Source of the DNA: Mobula hypostoma
Taxonomy: Eukaryota
NCBI RefSeq assembly: GCF_963921235.1
Contig: NC_086121.1
Coordinates: forward strand, 23,064,001-23,128,000
DNA length: 64,000 bases
Direction: 5' to 3'
Shown piece by piece: positions 54,501-64,000 of this stretch (the first letter of the stretch is position 1; each line of letters opens with the position of its first letter). The notes below the pieces were generated by a model, which was not told the DNA's origin, did no database searches, and saw only the letters and a list, made by a program, of their open reading frames with translations. A program made the position numbers and the translations under genes.

Positions 54501-57500
54501 CCACTACTGGAAACATCCTCTCCACATCCACTCTATCTGTGTCCTCTGGTCCTAGACTCCCCCACTACTGGAAACATCCTCTCCACATCCACTCTATCTG
54601 TGTCCTCTGGTCCTAGACTCCCCCACTATAGGAAACATCCTCTCCACATTCACTCTATCTGTGTCCTCTGGTCCTAGACTCCCCCACTACTGGAAACATC
54701 CTCTCCACATCCACTCTATCTGTGTCCTCTGGTCCTAGACTCCCCCACTACTGGAAACATCCTCTCCACATCCACTCTATCTGTGTCCTCTGGCCCTAGA
54801 CTCCCCCACTACTGGAAACATCCTCTCCACATCCACTCTATCTGTGTCCTCTGGTCCTAGACTCCCCCACTACTGGAAACATCCTCTCCACATCCACTCT
54901 AACTGTGTCCTCTGGTCCTAGACTCCCCCACTACTGGAAACATCCTCTCCACATCCACTCTATCTGTGTCCTCTGGTCCTAGACTCCCCCACTATAGGAA
55001 ACATCCTCTCCACATCCACTCTATCTGTGTCCTCTGGTCCTAGACTCCCCCACTACTGGAAACATCCTCTCCACATCCACTCTACCTGTGTCCTCTGGTC
55101 CTAGACTCCCCCACTACTGGAAACATCCTCTCCACATCCACTCTACCTGTGTCCTCTGGTCCTAGACTCCCCCACTACTGGAAACATCCTCTCCACATCC
55201 ACTCTATCTGTGTCCTCTGGTCCTAGACTCCCCCACTACTGGAAACATCCTCTCCACATCCACTCTATCTGTGTCCTCTGGTCCTAGACTCCCCCACTAC
55301 TGGAAACATCCTCTCCACATCCACTCTATCTGTGTCCTCTGGTCCGAGACTCCCCCACTACTGGAAACATCCTCTCCACATCCACTCTATCTGTGTCCTC
55401 TGGTCCTAGACTCCCCCACTACTGGAAACATCCTCTCCACATCCACTCTATCTGTGTCCTCTGGCCCTAGACTCCCCCACTACTGGAAACATCCTCTCCA
55501 CATCCACTCTATCTGTGTCCTCTGGTCCGAGACTCCCCCACTACTGGAAACATCCTCTCCACATCCACTCTATCTGTGTCCTCTGGTCCGAGACTCCCCC
55601 ACTACTGGAAACATCCTCTCCACATCCACTCTATCTGTGTCCTCTGGCCCTAGACTCCCCCACTACTGGAAACATCCTCTCCACATCCACTCTATCTGTG
55701 TCCTCTGGCCCTAGACTCCCCCACTACTGGAAACATCCTCTCCACATCCACTCTATCTGTGTCCTCTGGTCCTAGACTCCCCCACTACTGGAAACATCCT
55801 CTCCACATCCACTCTACCTGTGTCCTCTGGTCCTAGACTCCCCCACTATAGGAAACATCCTCTCCACATCCACTCTATCTGTGTCCTCTGGTCCAAGACT
55901 CCCCCACTACTGGAAACATCCTCTCCACATCCACTCTATCTGTGTCCTCTGGTCCGAGACTCCCCCACTACTGGAAACATCCTCTCCACATCCACTCTAT
56001 CTGTGTCCTCTGGTCCGAGACTCCCCCACTACTGGAAACATCCTCTCCACATCCACTCTATCTGAGTCCTCTGGCCCTAGACTCCCCCACTACTGGAAAC
56101 ATCCTCTCCACATCCACTCTATCTGTGTCCTCTGGTCCTAGACTCCCCCACTATAGGAAACATCCTCTCCACATCCACTCTACCTGTGTCCTCTGGTCCG
56201 AGACTCCCCCACTACTGGAAACATCCTCTCCACATCCACTCTATCTGTGTCCTCTGGTCCTAGACTCCCCCACTACTGGAAACATCCTCTCCACATCCAC
56301 TCTATCTGTGTCCTCTGGTCCGAGACTCCCCCACTACTGGAAACATCCTCTCCACATCCACTCTATCTGTGTCCTCTGGTCCTAGGCTCCCCTACTACAG
56401 GAAACATCCTCTCCACATCCACCCTATCTGTGTCCTCTGGTCCGAGACTCTCCCAGTATAGGAAACATCCTCTCCACATCCACTCTATCTGTGTCCTCTG
56501 GTCCGAGACTCCCCCACTACTGGAAACATCCTCTCCACATCCACTCTATCTGTGTCCTCTGGTCCTAGACTCCCCCACTATTGGAAACATCCTCTCCACA
56601 TCCACTCTATCTGTGTCCTCTGGTCCGAGACTCCCCCACTACTGGAAACATCCTCTCCACATCCACTCTATCTGTGTCCTCTGGTCCGAGACTCCCCCAC
56701 TACTGGAAACATCCTCTCCACATCCACTCTACCTGTGTCCTCTGGTCCGAGACTCCCCCACTACTGGAAACATCCTCTCCACATCCACTCTATCTGTGTC
56801 CTCTGGTCCTAGACTCCCCCACTACTGGAAACATCCTCTCCACATCCACTCTATCTGTGTCCTCTGGTCCTAGACTCCCCCACTACTGGAAACATCCTCT
56901 CCACATCCACTCTATCTGTGTCCTCTGGTCCTAGACTCCCCCACTACTGGAAACATCCTCTCCACATCCACTCTATCTGTGTCCTCTGGTCCTAGACTCC
57001 CCCACTACTGGAAACATCCTCTCCACATCCACTCTATCTGTGTCCTCTGGTCCTAGACTCCCCCACTACTGGAAACATCCTCTCCACATCCACTCTACCT
57101 GTGTCCTCTGGTCCTAGACTCCCCCACTACTGGAAACATCCTCTCCACATCCACTCTATCTGTGTCCTCTGGCCCTAGACTCCCCCACTACTGGAAACAT
57201 CCTCTCCACATCCACTCTATCTGTGTCCTCTGGTCCGAGACTCCCCCACTACTGGAAACATCCTCTCCACATCCACTCTATCTGTGTCCTCTGGTCCAGA
57301 CTCCCCCACTACTGGAAACATCCTCTCCACATCCACTCTATCTGTGTCCTCTGGTCCGAGACTCCCCCACTACTGGAAACATCCTCTCCACATCCACTCT
57401 ATCTGTGTCCTCTGGTCCTAGACTCCCCCACTACTGGAAACATCCTCTCCACATCCACTCTACCTGTGTCCTCTGGTCCTAGACTCCCCCACTACTGGAA

Positions 57501-59556
57501 ACATCCTCTCCACATCCACTCTATCTGTGTCCTCTGGCCCTAGACTCCCCCACTACTGGAAACATCCTCTCCACATCCACTCTATCTGTGTCCTCTGGTC
57601 CAGACTCCCCCACTACTGGAAACATCCTCTCCACATCCACTCTATCTGTGTCCTCTGGTCCGAGACTCCCCCACTACTGGAAACATCCTCTCCACATCCA
57701 CTCTATCTGTGTCCTCTGGTCCTAGACTCCCCCACTACTGGAAACATCCTCTCCACATCCACTCTATCTGTGTCCTCTGGTCCGAGACTCCCCCACTACT
57801 GGAAACATCCTCTCCACATCCACTCTATCTGTGTCCTCTGGCCCTAGACTCCCCCCACCATAGGAAACATCCTCTCCACATCCACTCTATCTGTGTCCTC
57901 TGGCCCTAGACTCCCCCCACTACAGGAAACATCCTCTCCACATCCACTCTATCTGTGTCCTCTGGTCCTAGACTCCCCCCACTACTGGAAACATCCTCTC
58001 CACATCCACTCTATCTGTGTCCTCTGGTCCTAGACTCCCCCACTACTGGAAACATCCTCTCCACATCCACTCTATCTGTGTCCTCTGGTCCTAGACTCCC
58101 CCACTACAGGAAACATCCTCTCCACATCCACTCTATCTGTGTCCTCTGGTCCTAGACTCCCCCACTACAGGAAACATCCTCTCCACATCCACTCTATCTG
58201 TGTCCTCTGGTCCTAGACTCCCCCACTACTGGAAACATCCTCTCCACATCCACTCTACCTGTGTCCTCTGGTCCTAGACTCCCCCCACTACTGGAAACAT
58301 CCTCTCCACATCCACTCTACCTGTGTCCTCTGGTCCTAGACTCCCCCACTACAGGAAACATCCTCTCCACATCCACTCTAGCTGTGTCCTCTGGTCCTAG
58401 ACTCCCCCACTACAGGAAACATCCTCTCCACATCCACTCTGTCTGTGTCCTCTGGTCCGAGACTCCCCACTACAGGAAACATCCTCTCCACATCCACTCT
58501 ATCTGTGTCCTCTGGTCCTAGACTCCCCCACTACTGGAAACATCCTCTCCACATCCACTCTACCTGTGTCCTCTGGTCCTAGACTCCCCCACTACTGGAA
58601 ACATCCTCTCCACATCCACTCTATCTGTGTCCTCTGGTCCAAGACTCCCCCACTACTGGAAACATCCTCTCCACATCCACTCTATCTGTGTCCTCTGGTC
58701 CGAGACTCCCCCACTACTGGAAACATCCTCTCCACATCCACTCTATCTGTGTCCTCTGGCCCTAGACTCCCCCACTACTGGAAACATCCTCTCCACATCC
58801 ACTCTATCTGTGTCCTCTGGTCCGAGACTCCCCCACTACTGGAAACATCCTCTCCACATCCACTCTATCTGTGTCCTCTGGTCCTAGACTCCCCCACTAC
58901 TGGAAACATCCTCTCCACATCCACTCTATCTGTGTCCTCTGGTCCAGAGACTCCCCCACTACTGGAAACATCCTCTCCACATCCACTCTATCTGTGTCCT
59001 CTGGTCCGAGACTCCCCCACTACTGGAAACATCCTCTCCACATCCACTCTATCTGTGTCCTCTGGCCCTAGACTCCCCCACTACTGGAAACATCCTCTCC
59101 ACATTCACTCTACCTGTGTCCTCTGGTCCGAGACTCCCCCACTACTGGAAACATCCTCTCCACATCCACTCTATCTGTGTCCTCTGGTCCGAGACTCCCC
59201 CACTACAGGAAACATCCTCTCCACATCCACTCTATCTGTGTCCTCTGGTCCGAGACTCCCCCACTACTGGAAACATCCTCTCCACATCCACTCTACCTGT
59301 GTCCTCTGGTCCGAGACTCCCCCACTACTGGAAACATCCTCTCCACATCCACTCTATCTGTGTCCTCTGGTCCGAGACTCCCCCACTACTGGAAACATCC
59401 TCTCCACATCCACTCTACCTGTGTCCTCTGGCCCTAGACTCCCCCACTACTGGAAACATCCTCTCCACATCCACTCTATCTGTGTCCTCTGGTCCTAGAC
59501 TCCCCCACTACTGGAAACATCCTCTCCACATCCACTCTATCTGTGTCCTCTGGTCC
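9485..59556. repeat. CR1-LINE-derived 61-bp satellite, ~50 kb, ~820 copies, with multi-kb higher-order structure
   Basis: Consensus TGTGTCCTCTGGTCCGAGACTCCCCCACTACTGGAAACATCCTCTCCACATCCACTCTATC, head-to-tail. Few recurrent variants (GGTCCG/GGTCCT/GGCCCT; CTACTGG/CTATAGG/CTACAGG/CCATAGG; TATC/TACC; C5/C6). Truncated by the gap. Confidence 0.99.
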
Positions 59557-59756
59557 NNNNNNNNNNNNNNNNNNNNNNNNNNNNNNNNNNNNNNNNNNNN
59601 NNNNNNNNNNNNNNNNNNNNNNNNNNNNNNNNNNNNNNNNNNNNNNNNNNNNNNNNNNNNNNNNNNNNNNNNNNNNNNNNNNNNNNNNNNNNNNNNNNNN
59701 NNNNNNNNNNNNNNNNNNNNNNNNNNNNNNNNNNNNNNNNNNNNNNNNNNNNNNNN
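59557..59756. other. Assembly gap (200 N, probably a fixed-size scaffold join)
   Basis: Run of exactly 200 N between two unrelated satellites. Confidence 0.97.
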
Positions 59757-62700
59757 GAGGGACTGAGAGACACCGGTCAGTGTACAGATCTCCCCCTTAG
59801 AGAGAGGGACTGAGAGACACCGGTCAGTGTACAGATCTCCCCCTGAGAGAGAGGGACCGAGAGGCACCGGTCAGTGTACAGATCTCCCCCTGAGAGAGAG
59901 GGGCTGAGAGACACCGGTCAGTGTACAGATCTCCCCCTGAGAGAGAGGGACTGAGAGACACCGGTCAGTGTACAGATCTCCCCCTGAGAGAGAGGGACTG
60001 AGAGACACCGGTCAGTGTACAGATCTCCCCCTGAGAGAGAGGGACGGAGAGACACCGGTCAGTGTACAGATCTCCCCCTGAGAGAGAGGGACCGAGAGAC
60101 ACCGGTCAGTTTACAGATCTCCCCCTGAGAGAGAGGGACTGAGAGACACCGGTCAGTGTACAGATCTCCCCCTGAGAGAGAGGGACTGACAGACACCGGT
60201 CAGTGTACAGATCTCCCCCTGAGAGAGAGGGACTGAGAGACACCGGTCAGTGTACAGATCTTCCCCTGAGAGAGAGGGACTGACAGACACCGGTCAGTGT
60301 ACAGATCTCCCCCTGAGAGAGAGGGACTGAGAGACACCGGTCAGTGTACAGATCTTCCCCTGAGAGAGAGGGACTGAGAGACACCGGTCAGTGTACTGAT
60401 CTCCCCTGAGAGAGAAGGACTGAGAGACACCGGTCAGGGTACAGATCTCCCCCTGAGAGAGAGAGGGACTGAGAGACACCGGTCAGTGTACCGATCTCCC
60501 TTGGAGAGTGAGGGACCGAGAGACACCGGTCAGTGTACAGATCTCCCCCTGAGAGAGAGGGACTGAGAGACACCGGTCAGTGTACAGATCTCCCCCTGAG
60601 AGAGAGAGTGATTGAGAGACACCGGTCAGTGTACAGATCTCCCCCTGAGAGAGAGGGACTGAGAGACACCGGTCAGTGTACAGATCTTCCCCTGAGAGAG
60701 AGGGACTGAGAGACACCGGTCAGTGTACAGATCTCCCCCTGAGAGAGAGGGACTGAGAGACACCGGTCAGTGTACAGATCTCCCCCTGAGAGAGAGGGAC
60801 TGAGAGACACCGGTCAGTGTACTGATCTCCCCTGAGAGAGAAGGACTGAGAGACACCGGTCAGGGTACAGATCTCCCCCTGAGAGAGAGGGACCGAGAGG
60901 CACCGGTCAGTGTACAGATCTCCCCCTGAGAGAGAGGGACTGAGAGACGCCGGTCAGTGTACAGATCACCCCTGAGAGAGAGGGACCGAGAGACACCGGA
61001 CAGTGTACAGATCTCCCCCTGAGAGAGAGGAACTGAGAGACACAGGTCAGTGTACAGATCTCCCCCTGAGAGAGAGGGACTGAGAGACACCGGTCAGTGT
61101 ACAGATCTCCCCCTGAGAGAGAGGGACTGACAGACACCGGTCAGTGTACAGATCTCCCCCTGAGAGAGGGGGACTGATAGACACCGGTCAGTGTACAGAT
61201 CTCCCCCTGAGAGAGAGGGACTGAGAGGCACCGGTCAGTGTACAGATCTCCCCCTGAGAGAGAGGGACTGAGCGACACCGGTCAGTGTACAGATCTCCCC
61301 CTGAGAGAGAGGGACTGAGCGACACCGGTCAGTGTACAGATCTCCCCCTGAGAGAGAGGGACTGAGAGACACCGGTCAGTGTACAGATCTCCCCCTGAGA
61401 GAGAGGGACTGAGAGACACCGGTCAGTGTACAGATCTCCCCCTGAGAGAGAGGGACTGAGAGACACCGGTCAGTGTACAGATCTCCCCCTGAGAGAGAGG
61501 GACTGAGAGACACCGGTCAGTGTACAGATCTCCCCCTGAGAGAGAGGGACTGAGAGACACCGGTCAGTGTACAGATCTCCCGCTGAGAGAGAGGGACTGA
61601 GAGACACCGGTCAGTGTACAGATCTCCTGCTGAGAGAGAGGGGCTGAGAGACACCGGTCAGTGTACAGATCTCCCCCTGAGAGAGAGGGACTGAGAGACA
61701 CGGGTCAGTGTACAGATCTCCCCCTGAGAGAGAGGGACTGAGAGACACCGGTCAGTGTACAGATCTCCCCCTGAGAGAGAGGGACTGAGAGACACCGGTC
61801 AGTGTACAGATCTCCCCCTGAGAGAGAGGGACTGAGAGACACCGGTCAGTGTACAGATCTTCCCCTGAGAGAGAGGGACTGAGAGACACCGGTCAGTGTA
61901 CAGATCTCCCCCTGAGAGAGAGGGACTGAGAGACACCGGTCAGTGTACAGATCTCCCCCTGAGAGAGAGGGACTGAGAGACACCGGTCAGTGTACTGATC
62001 TCCCCTGAGAGAGAAGGACTGAGAGACACCGGTCAGGGTACAGATCTCCCCCTGAGAGAGAGGGACCGAGAGGCACCGGTCAGTGTACAGATCTCCCCCT
62101 GAGAGAGAGAGGGACAGAGAGACGCCAGTCAGTGTACAGATCACCCCTGAGAGAGAGGGACCGAGAGACACCGGACAGTGTACAGATCTCCCCCTGAGAG
62201 AGAGGAACTGAGAGACACAGGTCAGTGTACAGATCTCCCCCTGAGAGAGAGGGACTGAGAGACACCGGTCAGTGTACAGATCTCCCCCTGAGAGAGAGGG
62301 ACTGACAGACACCGGTCAGTGTACAGATCTCCCCCTGAGAGAGAGGGACTGATAGACACCGGTCAGTGTACAGATCTCCCCCTGAGAGAGAGAGGCTGAG
62401 AGACACCGGTCAGTGTACAGATCTCCCCCTGAGAGAGAGGGACTGAGAGGCACCGGTCAGTGTACGGATCTCCCCCTGAGAGAGAGGGACTGAGCGACAC
62501 CGGTCAGTGTACAGATCTCCCCCTGAGAGAGAGGGACTGAGAGACACCGGTCAGTGTACAGATCTCCCCCTGAGAGAGAGGGACTGAGAGACACCGGTCA
62601 GTGTACAGATCTCCCGCTGAGAGAGAGGGGCTGAGAGACACCGGTCAGTGTACAGATCTCCCCCTGAGAGAGAGGGACTGAGAGACACGGGTCAGTGTAC

Positions 62701-64000
62701 AGATCTCTCCCTGAGAGAGAGGGACTGAGAGGCACTGGTCAGTGTACAGATCTCCCCCTGAGAGAGAGGGACTGAGAGACACCGGTCAGTGTACAGATCT
62801 CCCCCTGAGAGAGAGGGACTGAGAGACACCGGTCAGTGTACAGATCTCCCCCTGAGAGAGAGGGACTGAGAGACACCGGTCAGTGTACAGATCTCCCCCT
62901 GAGAGAGAGGGACCGAGAGGCACCGGTCAGTGTACAGATCTCCCCCTGAGAGAGAGGGGCTGAGAGACACCGGTCAGTGTACAGATCTCCCCCTGAGAGA
63001 GAGGGACTGAGAGACACCGGTCAGTGTACAGATCTCCCCCTGAGAGAGAGGGACTGAGAGACACCGGTCAGTGTACAGATCTCCCCCTGAGAGAGAGGGA
63101 CGGAGAGACACCGGTCAGTGTACAGATCTCCCCCTGAGAGAGAGGGACCGAGAGACACCGGTCAGTTTACAGATCTCCCCCTGAGAGAGAGGGACTGAGA
63201 GACACCGGTCAGTGTACAGATCTCCCCCTGAGAGAGAGGGACTGACAGACACCGGTCAGTGTACAGATCTCCCCCTGAGAGAGAGGGACTGAGAGACACC
63301 GGTCAGTGTACAGATCTTCCCCTGAGAGAGAGGGACTGACAGACACCGGTCAGTGTACAGATCTCCCCCTGAGAGAGAGGGACTGAGAGACACCGGTCAG
63401 TGTACAGATCTTCCCCTGAGAGAGAGGGACTGAGAGACACCGGTCAGTGTACTGATCTCCCCTGAGAGAGAAGGACTGAGAGACACCGGTCAGGGTACAG
63501 ATCTCCCCCTGAGAGAGAGAGGGACTGAGAGACACCGGTCAGTGTACCGATCTCCCTTGGAGAGTGAGGGACCGAGAGACACCGGTCAGTGTACAGATCT
63601 CCCCCTGAGAGAGAGGGACTGAGAGACACCGGTCAGTGTACAGATCTCCCCCTGAGAGAGAGAGTGATTGAGAGACACCGGTCAGTGTACAGATCTCCCC
63701 CTGAGAGAGAGGGACTGAGAGACACCGGTCAGTGTACAGATCTTCCCCTGAGAGAGAGGGACTGAGAGACACCGGTCAGTGTACAGATCTCCCCCTGAGA
63801 GAGAGGGACTGAGAGACACCGGTCAGTGTACAGATCTCCCCCTGAGAGAGAGGGACTGAGAGACACCGGTCAGTGTACTGATCTCCCCCTGAGAGAGAAG
63901 GACTGAGAGACACCGGTCAGGGTACAGATCTCCCCCTGAGAGAGAGGGACCGAGAGGCACCGGTCAGTGTACAGATCTCCCCCTGAGAGAGAGAGGGACT
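59757..64000. repeat. 47-bp satellite/minisatellite, ~90 copies in window, continuing past the window end
   Basis: Consensus GAGAGACACCGGTCAGTGTACAGATCTCCCCCTGAGAGAGAGGGACT. No evident similarity to the 61-mer. Confidence 0.98.

Noticed and set aside
9731-59498. Hundreds of plus-strand ORFs up to 920 aa (SSGPRLPHYWKHPLHIHSICVLWSETPPLLETSSPHPLYLCPLVRDSPTTGNILSTSTLSV repeats)
   Set aside because: Artefact: the consensus 61-mer has no stop in any plus-strand frame, so three units give a 61-aa period. ORFs end wherever a TAG-containing variant occurs, start at GTG-type codons, and are antisense to both the LINE and the host gene.
9485-59556. CRISPR-like array or variable-cassette system
   Set aside because: No unique spacers, no cas or recombinase genes, and a eukaryotic intron context. 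Variation is confined to a few recurrent sites.
9485-59556. Functional LINE peptide translated from the minus strand of the array
   Set aside because: 61 is not a multiple of 3 and each unit has TAG in other frames, so the ORF2 frame ends within about two units.
9485-59556. Recursive splice sites (CACAG|GTAGAG in TACC-variant units)
   Set aside because: The AG|GT exists, but the upstream sequence is purine-rich with no polypyrimidine tract and the donor is weak.
59508-63772. ORFs spanning the N gap or within the 47-mer
   Set aside because: Low-complexity repeat translations or N-filled frames.
9485-64000. Nucleosome phasing (3x61=183, 4x47=188) or centromeric role
   Set aside because: Numerical coincidence only. 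No trimer or tetramer periodicity of variants seen, and no data on CENP-A.

Overview
Vertebrate genomic DNA, most likely a cartilaginous fish (inferred from its CR1/HER1-type LINEs, Tigger, hAT and DeuSINE-like repeats). The first 9.5 kb holds three minus-strand coding exons of a GOLIM4-like (Golgi integral membrane protein 4 family) gene at 9178-9227, 2045-2098 and 823-973. They are embedded in nested transposon debris, including a Tigger inserted into an RTE LINE, several CR1 3' ends and a composite hAT/Tigger MITE. From 9485 to 59556 lies a ~50-kb satellite of ~820 copies of a 61-bp unit. The unit is a piece of CR1 LINE ORF2 (minus strand reads RVDVERMFPVVGESRTRGH), and the array grows directly out of a CR1 copy that begins ~130 bp from the exon acceptor (first array unit ~256 bp from it), so it appears to be a satellite born in situ inside an intron. 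It carries multi-kb higher-order duplications with periods of ~6163, 5064 and ~10684 bp. After a 200-N gap an unrelated 47-bp satellite with a 3056-bp higher-order period runs to the window end. The many long ORFs in the arrays are artefacts. All alignments, counts and family names were done by eye or from memory, not by database search.
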